Positions 26,070 through 40,273 of a stretch of 64,000 bases of DNA are shown piece by piece. Numbering within the stretch: position 1 is the first letter of the stretch; each line of letters starts with the position of its first letter. The DNA is taken from positions 120,342,001-120,406,000 of the forward strand of contig NC_042999.1 in assembly GCF_006345805.1 (NCBI RefSeq), read 5' to 3'. Under the pieces are notes generated by a model. The model was given only the letters and a program-made list of their open reading frames with translations. It did no database searches and was not told where the DNA came from. The position numbers were made by a program, and so were the translations under genes. The stretch comes from Octopus sinensis. Its lineage: Eukaryota.

Positions 26070-26699
26070 TAGTGCGGGTAAAACAGCTATGGATATGTTT
26101 TAGTGTGTAGCCTACTCAGATTAGTTATTTACGTGTGGATTTGAAGAGACCGACTGTGACGTTAGGGGGTTTGTGACACTGATTAAATACTGTTTTGGTA
26201 AGTATACTATTATACATTTAGTGATTTTGTTGTGTAAATGTAACCATCAATGATGTGGACATGTTACTAATGCTGATTGTACTCTTTAGACTGGTAAATA
26301 AGTAGGTTTGTGTATCAGTACCGAGGGTATGAAATTGCGAAAATACAGAGGAGGTAGTGTAGATCACAGTGTAACTGGAGAGGATTTCCTGTTAGAATCC
26401 AAATGAGAATATTTAGACTAAAGTCAGTTCATTATATATACAGACACTATTTTCTAAATCATACTTATCAGGGCAATAATGCTTGGTTATAAATAGAGTG
26501 ATAGAAACTACTGTCTAGGGGAAAAGAAGTACATTTTCTCTGATAGTCTCGCGAGTGAAACAAACTCCATAAATATTGATGCATATGAGACTATTTTCCA
26601 ATTTACTTTTGGCGGAGGAATATAGGGGAGAAACCATATTTTAAGATTTACGACTTATCATTCACTCATTTTGTTGAGTCATAAAATTACCCCTACTGA

Positions 26700-27320
26700 T
26701 GATGGGTTTGTATGGCTAGAGGACAAATATAAGATAGGAATATACGGAAGCCACCATACATTAAATATAAATTCAGACATTTACCCTATATCGAAGTGGT
26801 TAATCCATGTGAAAAGAATTACTTTCAGGGACTTTTCTGAGACACTGCATTGCACAGGGAGAGTGCAGTTGGCAGTAACATTCCAAGATGTGTGTTAAGA
26901 TTAGCGAGATTCTGATATGGAATCCTGAGTGCTTTTTGGGTATTATCTCTCCATTGTATAACAGCCGCTATTCATTCTCCCCAGACTACTGAAACACACA
27001 TTTGCTTTTCTCAAGCCTCTGTCGTATTTTATTGTTTCAGACTCCGCATTTAACATTATGCCTCTTCTTTCCTATCCAGCTTTTTAACCCCCAAAAAAAT
27101 TTGCCCACGAACGGTTTTCATACAGACAGCGACCTGCAGAGATTCATGTCGTATAAACAGATACGTGTAGTTTAAAAGGCTTTCAGTATCATCCCGCTTC
27201 TCACAGCTTATATAGAAAGATAGGATGTAAGACATGGATACAGACCTATTAGGAACTGCAAAATTCATCCTGTTTACAATAGTAGAATATTACTTAAACC
27301 ATAGCACTGCACCACGACGA
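26700..27320 (+). mobile_element. PIF/Harbinger nuclease fossil
   Basis: QLAVTF (vs LAVTLRFLATG), KPLSYFIVSDSAF (vs LPY.IVGD.AF), RFSYR and RVV*KAFSII (vs FNYRLSRARRVVENAFGIL), in the expected order. Confidence 0.55.
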
Positions 27321-29949
27321 CTACAACAATGCATTCTGGTCGAGAATCAACTGAGTAACAAGTATTCCAAACACATTGTCCAAAATTGCATATTTGCAAG
27401 GAAGATCGACTCTTTCTGGATAAATATTTACGAAATTGCCACGTTTTAACATCTGCTTGTTTATTAAAAGATTTCTCAATCTTCCGAATGGCGATTTCTT
27501 TTGCAGGATATTGTGAAGGGAATGCAGCTGCATACATCATATCTAAATGGGCATTTTCTTATATTTATTCATACAATTTTGACATAAATGTTGAGTTCAA
27601 TAATCTGAAATAACTCTAATTATTTAAACAGATGTTCGTTATTATCATTTATATTAAAAACATAATTTTGTAACATTTAACAACAATGAACGCTTTGCAT
27701 CTTTTGTTATGTCATACATGATGAGTTAAAATAGATATCCTTGTATGTACACTATCAAAAAATCAAAACCAAAAATATCTTGGATTGGATGGATATATCT
27801 GACGTCACTTTCATAACTAGAAATGCAAGCTAACTTTGTCAGGGACATATATACAATAGATATAAAATCAAATTTAAAATGCATATTGTCTTAATACGCA
27901 ATTCACAAGCTAAAAGATTCCTCTTTGGTTACATGTCTACTAGTTTATGCTTGTGTCTGTGTGCTTAAAACGGATACTATATTATTACTGTATCCTCATA
28001 ATCGTATTCTATGAGATGCAGTCGGATTAAACAATTGTTATTGAATGTTTAAATAAAATATTGGCTCTCATCAAACAATTAATATTTCACTTCATTGCAT
28101 TTAGAATGATCATGAAAAAAAATACATAATTAAAATGTAAATAAAAAGCGAATAAAATACACATGTATCTGTGAGTTTCAAACATATGTAATTTTTATAG
28201 CATAAAATATTTGTTAAAATTACAATTTGCTTTTCAGATCTCAGAACTTCTCTTTTGAAAATTTTCATTTGATTCCTATGCCTCAGATATTTGGCAATAA
28301 ACTTTTATTTTTATTCAATAATATGGCAATAAAAATAAATTATTCATGTGCTAAACTATTACAGATTTAATGAGGGATCTTCTATGCAAGCGTTCTGTAG
28401 TTTAAAAGAATCAGAGAAAGAACACTCAAATCACAACCTACTACCTAGAAAATGAGGAATTCATATTCGAATCTTGATTGTGACCTTGCTTAAACATGGC
28501 TAAATGGGATAGGATATAAGAGCAACAATTACTCATAGTTAGTCAGTGAATATTACTAAACGAATAATGAAATTATTTTAGCTTTGAACTTGAAAATTTG
28601 CGTTTTCGAAATGGTCAGAAATATGAGCGAAGTGTATAAATTTGAAATTTATTTTTCACAATGCATTCGATCTGCAGTCAACTACTCTTCTCAAACTGAT
28701 ATTTTGGCGCTCCAATATAATTATATTTTAACAACTTCTGTGATATATTTTGCGCATATTAATCTTATGAACAAGTTTTAGAAGCTAACCCAAATTTCAT
28801 TATTCATGGATATAACAGCACAAAATTATGGAATATTTTCGTTTTGACTCTTCAGGATTACACAAATTTGCTCCATTCGTTCTTTATAGTTTGTCAGTTA
28901 AACATAACCCGTATAAAAACCAATTATTTTACCTTTATTTAGAAGATAAGGAAGGATACAAAAGTTAATAAATAAAGGGATGAAAAAATATAGGGACAAG
29001 TAACTGAATTTTATGCGTGCATTTGGGTGTGAATATTTGTGTGTGAGGGTCTATTAGGTGGAGATAAGGAGAGAAAGTTTTAAAAAATGGAGAAAGATTA
29101 TTGAAGTGGGAGGTTTAGAAAAGAATAAAATAGAGGGAGAGAAAGAAAAGGGGTGTGTGAGAGAAACATATAGGAAAAGGAAAGGTGAATTTGAGAGAAG
29201 AGTAACTAATTATTTACGCAGAAAATTTTTCATAATGAAAATGAAAAATCATTACAATTTACGATTTATCATCAAAAGCTTTTAATATAATTACCCAAAA
29301 TTTATTAAATAACAGTGATATCTTGACTATAAATATCAGAGCCATAATATGAAAATGAAAATAAATTACTAAAACAATTTGGAAAATATACCACGCACAT
29401 ATATTTTTGTTTTCTAATCGCTGCTATTATTTCGTGATGGAATGCGCTTCAGCAATTTGATAAGCTAAATCAATTTTGGAAAGAAAATTTCATTCGAAAA
29501 TGTAAACTTTATCAGCCCCTATATTTACACTGCTTCAAAAGAATTTTTTTAGTACACAGGTGAAGGTTTTTTTTTTATTTTTGTAACTATTTTCATTTCT
29601 TTTAAATTTGGATATTACTTTTGTCACTTAAGATATAATTTTAAAAAGTCATATTCGCTGCATTGCTTTATTAAAAAGAAACAAAACAATTTCTTTTTGA
29701 CCATTTCATGATATTCTGCTACTGCAATACACATCAGAAGATAGAGTATATTAAAGAAAACTTAGCATGGAATATCAGATCGTACATTAACTAACAACCA
29801 TACATGGGCGCCATTAGGTGTACCCTATATACTGGATTTTCTAACATATTTTTTAAGTAGCGATGTAAAAGTATTTTTCTCTGTCTGCGTTTATGCATAT
29901 GCATTAGATCGATAATACGATTATGAGTTGTGTTATAACATATACATGC

Positions 29950-29998
<49 letters not shown>

Positions 29999-30013
29999 TA
30001 ATAATAATAATAA

Positions 30014-30053
<40 letters not shown>
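29950..30053. repeat. (AAT)n microsatellite
   Basis: Directly visible. Confidence 0.97.
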
Positions 30054-30562
30054 GCCCTGATGCAGTACCAGGCAGTGGTGGCTCTCGTGGCTTCTGATTT
30101 TAGCTGATTGGAAGTGTTATAATGTACATTGCTTTGTCTTGGTATAAAATATGGGCTACAGCAAATATTCGGCTCAATACCACAGATTTGCTTGTCAGTT
30201 GTTTGACCATAACCAGTTGAGCATGGCCCTTAGTGGCTGACGATATGTGCATCTCTGATCACGAGCAAAAGTACTGGGGGAACATCATAGCCATGTGTCG
30301 AGAGGGATTCTTTGGGGTTTGAATAATTCACCTCTGAAAACATGGGTGTTTCGTTCAACATCCTTAAACAACCCTTATTCAGGGACCTTTTAAGCAGGAT
30401 GGGTTACTCGAGCAGAAGAAAATTCTAACTGGGCCCCACGTGCAAGGTCATGCGCTGTTTATTTCGATATGAGATCACCATGTTACGCACATATGGTTGT
30501 GATGCATGTGCCTAGTGTAGACGGGTAGTCATGATGGGTATACTGGGATTCGTATATTTTAC
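30054..30562. mobile_element. ~510-bp non-coding interspersed repeat between (AAT)n and the Dong/R4 RT
   Basis: Higher GC and no long ORF. It starts right after the (AAT)n and ends right at the Dong RT. It resembles a high-copy octopus repeat from memory (unverified). Confidence 0.6.
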
Positions 30563-32140
30563 ATGGCCTGGATACACTTTAAAAAGCCTTATGTCATGTT
30601 GCCACATTCATGGATTCTGAAAGCACTCGACCAGCAATTAGCCGAGGTAACATTCAAAATGCCGATCGTAAATAAAGATTCTTGTTCATCTTTGCTATTA
30701 TTTATTGTGTTTATGCCACTTTCTGTAGTTCTATGCAAATTTAACGTGCACTAAAAGCTGGAAAAAATGAACCTCAACTAAATCATCTTCTCTTTATAGA
30801 GGATTTAAGACTGTTCACAAAATCTGAGACTGACATGGAGAAGCTGTTTAAAACTGTATAGTTGTGCAGGAAGGATATAGGTACAGAAGTCGGGATCTCA
30901 AAGTGTAAGGGGCTCACTTTGAAACGGGCGAAAAGAGCAAATTGCAGGGGCATAAAATGATGAAGGGAACAGTTACTTTGGGATCCTGGAGCTGGACAAT
31001 ATCTTGCGCAGAGAAATGAAAAAAAAACAAGGGTACAGCTGCATTTTTGAAGCCACTCCAAATTCCCTAGAAGCAAAGAAAGATGCAAAGAAGCTTGTAT
31101 CTGCCATCAACATTTCGGTTGCTGCTATACTTCACTATATTGAAACCACTCTAAACTGACTACTCGAAGAACAATGACAATGCATAGTACTCACCACTCT
31201 AAGGCTAACCTACACGCGTTTCACATCAGATGAGGTAAAGTTGGGCGTGGCTTGAGAAACGTACGGGAGTCTTTCGACAATGAAAAAATAGACTGGACAA
31301 AATGTTTCGTAATCAGTGAACAAGAACTACTACTGTAAGCGGTTAAAGCCATTAATTTAGTTGAGAGTGCTAAAGATTTCCGATCACTAATTGCTAACGA
31401 GAGAGAGAGAGAGACACTATTCTGCATGGTCAGTTCCACCCTGAATCTAACAATTTAAAAGATCAGAAAGCATCATGTATGTTGCAATGGTGATCTTAAA
31501 AAGCGAACTGAAAGCCTTTTCAACACTGCCTAGCACCAGGATTTCAGTACCAGCTCATTGTAATGAACCTCTGCAGAATATGTGGCAAGGTCAAAATCGC
31601 GATTCACAATTTTTGCTCGAAAAGAGTATAAGGGCAAACACGACGCCATAATTCAAACCTTCACTGGCTACTACGCACTCGGTACCAACATATACCGTAA
31701 GAGTTAATGGGTGAAAATGGGAAGGCAAATATTCTCTGGAACATTTACTTCCAAACAGACAAGTTATTAGAACACTGAAGGCCGGATATAGTAGCCTTTG
31801 AGAGTGCATAATAATTTATATAGTAGCATTTAAGAGTGCCTATTAAGTGATGTGGAAGTGCCAAGAGATCAACATATTGTCATGAAAGAAAAAGGTCGAC
31901 AAACATAGAGATCTAAAAATTGAGATCGCTAAGATGTGGCAAATGCGTAAGACTAACGTAAAGGATGCGTTTGATGACAACAGGCACATCCCAATGTGTT
32001 CAATACCATCCAACCTGAAGACACTTTTGAATACCTTAGAAATACGCCGCAACCTTGGTGTATTGCAAAAGTCAGCTTACTTAGAACTGCATGCATACTG
32101 CTTGGAGTGCTATCTGTCTGAGTTCCTTATCGAATGAAGA
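30563..32140 (+). mobile_element. Dong/R4-clade LINE, 5'-truncated and degenerate (copy A)
   Basis: AWIHFKKPYVMLPHSWI, NHLLFIEDLRLF, GILELDNI, RHD, ILWNIYFQTD..RPDI, and LQKSA..GTA-like end. Confidence 0.88.
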
Positions 32141-33785
32141 AACTGAGAAGGTTACATGAAAGTATAGCAGAGCAACTACGTAAGTGCTTGCAGGAAATCT
32201 CAGTACCATTATTATGAGTCACTAATCTTGAAAAGGCTAAGATTGTATCCAACTTTCGATCCATAACTTGTCTTCTGCTAATGGGGAGACTCTTGATAGG
32301 TGCTTTAGCCTGTGAGCTGTATGGATGCTTAGAAATAAGTGGGCTGCTATAAATTCAACGGAAAATTTGCCGAACTATAAACTGTGGAACGAAATATTCG
32401 GCTGTTAATTGATGACCTAATCATCAGAAACTGCAACAGAAGGCACACAAATGTGAGCAAGGAATCGCTTGATTATCGTAATGCATATGATGTCGTATCA
32501 CGCACTCGGTTAATAGCACAGACTATGGAAATGTATGGATTAGCAGAAAACATGAAATGCCTTATATGGAGCAGTATGAAATGTTGGAGAACTGCATTGA
32601 AAGAAGGGAAACAGATGTTAGGGGAAATAAAAATTAAGCAAAGAGTCTTGTGCGGGGACAGTATATCCCCACTGATCCTTGAGTTGGGAATGATACCCTT
32701 GAGTGAAATATTGCAGAAGACAAAGTTGAGGTATGATACTGGAATTGGTAAAATAAAGCTTAATCATTTGCTATTCTTGCATCATTTAAGGTTGTTCATA
32801 AAACATAAGACAGAGCTGGAAAGTCTAGACCATTCTGTGCGGATTTTCTCAAATGATATCAAGATGGAGCTTGAACTTTCAGAATGCGCTCTGATGCTGT
32901 TGAGACGAGGAAGGTTTCTAAAAACAGAAGGCGTATGAATGCCAAGGCATTAAATGATGAAGGCATTTGAATCTGAAACCGGATATGGACACCTGAGAAT
33001 GCTTGAGGCAGATAGATTTAAGCATTATAATATGAAATAGACTGAGAGCACAATACTGGTAGCGCAAGAGCAAACTTTGGCCATAAATTGGAAGACCGTC
33101 TTTAGGAATGAGGAAATGTCTCCATTGTACCTAATCTGTAGTATTTGATGAAACCATAACCCATATCGTGAATGAATGTCATCGACTTGCAAAATAAGTT
33201 GGTTTCGACTCAATGAGAAAGTGACTATGCTACATTAGAAACTGATAAAATAGGGTCTAAAAGGAGGTAAGCCGTAGTATGAGCATAAACCACAGAGTGT
33301 GCAGAATAGAAGACTCGCCAGATTTTATGGAATTTCCTAATCCAAACGTACCAAGTGCTCGAGCACAACGAACCAAATCTAGTAGCAGGAGGCAAGGTGA
33401 ACTACATGTGCCCTATAACTGATGTTGCATGCTACTTCGACCCACAAATAGTTAAGAAGAAATGTGAAAAAATAGACATATAGAACCCTCTTAAATATGA
33501 GATTGCACGACTGTGAAAAAAGGAAGAAGAGGAAGATCGTGCCAATTTTTGTAGGAATGTATCAGGTTGCTTCAAGAGAACTATAAAAGAAATGGAAATA
33601 AAGTACCCAAAACTGTTACAAAAGGTTTGCCTCCTTGGTACAGCCAGAATCATCAAAAAAGTATTAGATAACAGAAAAGAACAGAACAGATTGCAGGATA
33701 CCATGGACAGTATGTAAAAAAAATCTTTATGCATGCAAGATTCCAGGAGTTTCAACAAAACCTGAGTTAAAGAATAATAATAATT
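32141..33785 (+). mobile_element. Dong/R4-clade LINE, 5'-truncated and degenerate (copy B), short (AAT)n tail
   Basis: NFRSITCL, LLIDDLIIRNCNRRHTN...DYRNAYD, GDSISPLI, KLNHLLFLHHLRLF, and LQKVCLLGTARIIKKVL. Confidence 0.88.
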
Positions 33786-34049
33786 CTCACATCGTATAGC
33801 AGTTAATGAGAAGTCTGCTTTTCTTGCAGACGAATTGACCTATTCAGGATATAAAATATACAAACAAACATTGTAGTCAAATAGGCGAAACGTTGGTGAA
33901 AATACTAGACCTATATATAATAAAGAACAGAAAGTTATTGCAGTCGTTTTGTGATCTGACCTATTTTTATGGCCTATTGACTGTAGTATATTTGAAAACG
34001 TCAGTAGAATTTCAAACCAACAAATAAGAGATTACAAGTTTTTTTTCTT

Positions 34050-34900
34050 TTTTGTTATGGAATAGAAACTCAGTGGTCTGATTGAAACATTAAAGGAAGA
34101 TTTGGTTCAATCAACTTTTGCACAGATATTTGGTACAATTAACGAGGTCATAGTCACTATAAATTCCACTCAACATACAATATCATGACAACGGTTTCAG
34201 TAGGAGTATTCCGTCCAATATTATGCTATCGGAAGCTGAAAGCAACTATTCTAATGGTGAATGAGAAATTGTAACGACTGCGTGGCCTTCGCAAAGAGCG
34301 CAATCATTTTTATTGGATATAATGTTTCTTTGGGGTTAAAGATAAGTTTACAGTATCTATATCTTAGAAGAGTACTGCCTGAAATACTATATACTAGGAC
34401 ATTACGATAGGCAATTCATTTAGCTACTTCTGTCTATGAGACTCTCTATATAAAAGGCAATAAATCTCTCACGTTCATATCATAACTAGAATAAAATTCA
34501 ATTAACCAAGTCAAGGGAAGTTCGATAGTATATCATTTATTTGATGGATGGCTGAGGGAACATTTGTGCTTGAAAGAAAAAAATACATGATGAAACAAAG
34601 AATTATGTAGCTTTTGTCTAAGATCGTATCAAGACGAATGGAGGGAACAAATACTCAGTTTGTGAGATCAATTATAAGACACTTAAGCAAATGCTTACTG
34701 TTGATCAGAAAATTGCATGTGATACGGCCCTTTTGTAAAAGTTGTACGTCACAACGTCCATTGCTAGTAATAAACTGCAACTAGAAGAATGATGGTCTGG
34801 ATATTGTAATAATATCGAAAATTATGTTCCAGATCGTCCTAAATGGAACTAGATTAAATCAATACTAAGAGTTACTGATTATACTAGGTCTATTGAAGCA
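34050..34900 (+). mobile_element. Gypsy RNase H fossil
   Basis: MLSEAESNYSNGE*EIVTTAW..RAQSFLL (vs LS.AE.NYS.IEREALAIVW...R..FLLG), then TLR*AI.L...YETLYIKGN (vs LRWAI.L..FDY.I.YVKG). Confidence 0.6.
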
Positions 34901-34990
34901 AAGCTATAGTCACGGATACTTATGAATGATCGTTATCCTAAAATGTGTGTATTATAAATGTTGATGTATTTTACAGTTGTTCAGAATTCA

Positions 34991-34992
<2 letters not shown>

Positions 34993-35070
<78 letters not shown>
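34993..35070. repeat. (TG)n microsatellite
   Basis: Directly visible. Confidence 0.98.
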
Positions 35071-35073
<3 letters not shown>

Positions 35074-36081
35074 TGTAGAAAGCAGCTTGGGAGTTGCAGA
35101 TTCATGATATGCAGTGACTGATGTCGCACTTCCACTTCTGTTCTTGAAGTTAGTAAACTTAAGAAATACATGTATTCATCTTTCAAGGAATGGAAAGTCC
35201 ATTGTGCAATGCATACACTAATTCATAGAAACTGGTACTTGAAAATACCTAGAAAATTTGTGTAAATGTCTGTAGGAATTCAGTGAATCCGTTTTTAATT
35301 CAAAAGTTAAAAAAAACATTATTTAAGAGCCGAGCATTCTATATTCCTTTGAGGAAAAATTATCCCAACCCCTGGATGTCTTATATTCGACAATGGAGTA
35401 ATTGATACTCTAATTGTTAAGGTATTTATTCCATTCCTGTATATCGAACTGGTGTTTGACGTAATGGGACATATTTCTAATTGCCTAAATGTATACATAG
35501 TTGCTTGATTAGTATTTGAAAGATTTTTCTGTAAACACAACGTAAGTTTCTGTTAAAGTATTATTTGTAAGATAAACCCAAAGTTATTTAACTTAATTTT
35601 TATAAGCAATTCTACATTCATATAATTGTAAATACTACCCATGTATTAATTCTACCAAATAACCACATTGTATAAACTACGTTTCTATTGCCCCTAATGG
35701 GTATGAAAATTTTTTTATCAATTTAAAGGGTAGTCTAGATATGCGCAAAAACATATCCATCAAGCTCTGCAATATTACAAGGACAGACTCATTAAAGTAG
35801 ATTCAAAGATAAATGCTTTATACCCATCTGTAACAATATTAAAATAACCTGAAAACTAAGACCGAGTTGAAGCAAATTATTTTATGGTTTATCGTTTCAT
35901 AACGGTTAAATGCTTGTACGATGTTGGTAGGATATTTCTCTATTTTGTAGACTATAATAACTTTAACAAAATTATATCTAAGATTAGCGACATTTAATCC
36001 AAAACCTTCTCTTCCTTTATAGCTACTACAAATAAAATAATCTTTTTAGTACGAATATACAAAAACGATTTTTTATATACC

Positions 36082-36295
36082 GGTCACAGATTTGGGCATA
36101 AAGCCGACAATTTGGGGGTAGGAGAAAATTTTTTACATTGACCCTAGTACTCAACTGGTAATTATTTTGTCGACAACGAAAGAAGGAAAGGCAAATTCGA
36201 CCTCGTTAGAATTTGAACATAGAACGTAAAGGCGAACAAAATTCTGCAAAGCATTTTGCCCGGCATGCTAACGATTCTGCCAGCTCGCTTCCCTA
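36082..36295 (-). mobile_element. tRNA-derived SINE
   Basis: Minus-strand head GAGCTGGCAGAATCGTTAGCA and B-box-like GTTCAAATTC. Same family as 22235 and 43373. Confidence 0.85.
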
Positions 36296-37724
36296 ACGCT
36301 TTATGAAATATAAACAACTCTAATATATGCTCCCTCCGAACGGCAAGTATACTTCTAAAACATAAGTTCTAAAACATAACTTCGGACTCTCTTCAAAATA
36401 AGTGTATAACAAAACCGATATAAGCCATACTGAAGTTATATTAAAATATCGAGGCAACATGTATATATTCATCTATCATATATACAAACATAACAGGGGT
36501 TTTAAGATCAACTTAACCTTCCTAAAATCGCTTTTATAGGTATGTTTTATTGCCTACACGTGTCTCTACATTAATAGCCCCCAGTTGTTGCGATCATATC
36601 TCATGGAAATATTTAACATAATTTTAGACACACGATTCTGAATAAAAAGTTGCAATAGCTGAATTTGTTCAGGCATTTCCATCGATAATTATCGAGGTAT
36701 TTCCAAAATGCCAGCTGTATAAAATACATTTCTTACATGCTCGATTTGCCGTACTCTAAAATAAAGGCACGTATTTGGAAAAAAATACTTAACATTACAA
36801 TTGTATTACACGTGGCCAATTTCCTAATTTCATATTTCTACTGAATGATATTGCATATGCGAAAATATTTCATGTTTATCTCTGTGAATATATGAATCTA
36901 TAATGATTTTTTGCGTATGACAATTGAATATATGTACGTGTAGCAGCAATCAAATCTCGATAGATAATCAAATTTCAAACTTTTTGTGGATATTTTTTTT
37001 TTTTTTTTTGCTGAAAATTATCCATGCAACTTATCTAGTTGAGTAGTTTCAATAGTTAGCAGCATGAAACTCAGAGTAGAGATACACACATAAGAATAAA
37101 CATATACATACACACACACACACAAACATACACACACATATATATATGCATAAATGCATATGTATATGTGTGTGTATACATACATACATATATGAGTGTG
37201 TGTCTGTGATGTTATACGCTATAACGTGCTATTATGGCTTATATTCCTCCGTACGTGACAACTCTTTGAGCAGAAACTGCAAAAACACACATAATAATGT
37301 AACCGCTCGACACAGTGTTATATTACAAAGCGAGCGCATCATTCCTTATTATGTAGCATCATGTAATATTATAGATTGCTACTTCAAAGCTTTATCTCAA
37401 AAGAGTAAAGAATAAATGGGTTAAATCTATTTTCTCTTATAATTGCATTATGCCCCAAATAACTGATATTTAGTAGTATACTACCTCTTTGTGCTGTTTT
37501 TGCACATTACTTACTTTGATATCATTAATATTCCTGATAAGCAACACCAAACATGAAATCTTTCTCATAACAAAAGCAAACAATGTTAGCAAAGTGCAAT
37601 TTCTCTTAATTCTGACATTTTACCTTATTAATTCGCTTGTAAAATTTGATATCCCAAGCATTTTCGAGAGCGAAGAATGTTCGATCTAGGTTGTGATTCT
37701 AATCTGAAGAATGAAGATCTATTC

Positions 37725-37803
37725 CATACACACACAGACGCACGCATACACACACGCGCGCGCGCGCACGAAAAGCACGCACATCTAATATATACATCTA
37801 ATG

Positions 37804-37837
<34 letters not shown>

Positions 37838-38045
37838 CATACATGTATATATATATATATACATATATACATATATACAATATATATATGTGTATATATG
37901 TATGTACATATATACACACACGTATACATATATATATACACTCGTATATATGGGTGTACGTACATATATGTGTGTATGCATGTCCAACAGACACACATAC
38001 GCCCAAAATATATATATATGCAGATATACACATCACACACATATG
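37725..38045. repeat. (CA)/(CG)/(TA) low-complexity tract
   Basis: Directly visible. Confidence 0.9.
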
Positions 38046-39399
38046 TACAGGTATAATCATTGTATCAAATAACACATCATTACAAATATATTAGTGATAG
38101 AATTAAAGATACTATCAATCAGCGAACGACATTGGAGCAGTTATCATGTACTAAACCACAACAATATGTATGAATATGCAGAGGATACCAATAACCTCCA
38201 GCAATACACTGAGATTCTGCGGTATTACAATAGATATAGTTTTATTATTTATTTGAGGATTTTGCAAAGTAAAGGCAAAGAGTTAAGAAGTATAAGGTTT
38301 GCAAGTGTTTCTGAGATAATTATTACATCGTGCAAAAATAATGTTGCTGGATTGGCGAGTGATGTTACCGTTATTTATATAAGATTAAAATACCAATAAC
38401 AATGGAGTGTACACTACACAAATGCTTAAGAAATGACTGTACTATATCTTTTTTATTGAAGAATAGAAGTGTTACATCGTGTGAAAAAGAACCGTTTTCA
38501 TCAGATGGATATGTGTAAGAACTAAACATTTTGAACATCTCAATAACAAGTCAGAAGAGCCATTTTAACATTTTATCAATCAGTACAATTGTGTCGACCA
38601 AATTAGCATCGATCCCACACAGGTAGGATACTTAACATCTGGTTTAGGAGCATCCGTCGGTGTAGATATGTCTATTCGGGTGATAATTAGATATATCTCG
38701 TTAACATAACTGTTCTGCAAGGTATCTTCTCAGTTCGTGTAAAGAAATGCAGCAAATTAAAGGACATATATTTATATGAAAGATCAATAATAATAAAAAA
38801 TAACATGCAAAAAAGAAACGAATGCACAATACGGTAAAAAAAGAGTTAAATATAACCGTTAACGGATATGGATGTACAAACGCTCTTGCGTAAGTTGTAT
38901 GGCACATGTGCACTCGCGCATGCAAAAATCCACGAAGATAAAAGCATATGTACTCGTAAATAGCGACTTTGTGTTTATAAGAATGTGGAGGTTAGAGCTA
39001 AATTTAATTCATCCATACCTTAAGGTGAATTATGATTATTAATTAGGTTAACGGTTACTCAAATTCATCCCCACTTCAATATGGGAATATTGGTAGTTAA
39101 GTTGCTTGATCAACTCTATTATCCGCTCTTAAATTAAACTTTCATTGGCCCGTAGAATCTTAACTATATTTTCATGCTAAATAACCGTACATGGGGCATG
39201 TTAAAGATATTTTTGAGTGTAAATCAACTGTTTTTTGTATATTTTACGCCTGGAAGTTATACAAAATGTCGTTCACGTTCAACATTCCATTTCGTTGCAC
39301 GGTACCAAGTAATTTATTGTTATAAATCCAGCTACCTGAACACCAGGTAGTACCTCGCGTCCATTTCATACACACGCGCACGCACATACAAGCATATAC

Positions 39400-39468
39400 A
39401 TGTGTGTGCGTGTGTCTGTGGGTGTATGTATACACATATATATATATGTATGTATATACGTATGTTCT

Positions 39469-39528
<60 letters not shown>

Positions 39529-39530
39529 GA
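39400..39530. repeat. (TG)/(TA)n microsatellite
   Basis: Directly visible. Confidence 0.92.
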
Positions 39531-40155
39531 TGAAACGATCGTAGTGTTTTACTCTTTATCTTTAATTAAACTTAATACTTTTGATATATATTTAAAATAA
39601 TATATATTAATTAATTTTATGTATTGGCTTATGTTTTTCATTGTTTGATTTGCCTAATAGTGGTTTTATATCTAATTTAATATAATATATATATATGTGT
39701 GTGTGTGTGTGTGTAGATATACATGCAAATGTATGCTTTTATGTGTATATACGTGTGTATATGTATATAAGTATGTCATTATTCATTTGTATTTCAAGAT
39801 TTCTTGTCAATAGAGTACGAACTATCTTCTAACCTAGATGCAAGGGCCCGTCATTGAAATTTCAACATCAACAACAGGGTATTTTTGTAGGTATGTATAT
39901 GTGCAGATTTGTATCTTTTGTTTTATGCATTCTTCTCCTGCATATACTCTCATGCATTTCCAGACATGCTCATATATACTTAAATGATAAATTTCTCGAA
40001 AGGTTTACTGGTTTTGACATTTCCAATGCTGGATTGGGTCTGTAGTCTTCGAATCGGCTTTCTCCCTTCTGGTTTTGAGAAGCTTAATTTCTCAAGATTG
40101 GTATTTAGACAGTGTGTTATATATCACAGTGCCCCAATAATTATAGGTATAAACC

Positions 40156-40273
40156 TGTTATGTCGCACGTTCGGATGATCTCTCTGAACTCAACTCCTCG
40201 ACGTCTAGACTTCTCCCTCTATATCTACGTATTGTGCTAGCCTACTTCATCGTCTGGGGACGTCCACACAACA
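40156..40273 (-). repeat. 3' LTR (118 bp)
   Basis: TGTTATGTCGCACG...GTCCACACAACA. Its two halves match 44623-44659 and 46509-46577. Confidence 0.9.

Noticed and set aside
30054-30130. HDV-like ribozyme at the start of the 510-bp repeat (expected for some R2/R4 5' ends)
   Set aside because: I could not build the P1/P3 pairings; GGCTCTCGTGGC does not close P3.
35319-35540. 73-aa minus-strand ORF with an acceptor-like start
   Set aside because: No recognisable domain or partner exon, so it is unsupported without expression data.
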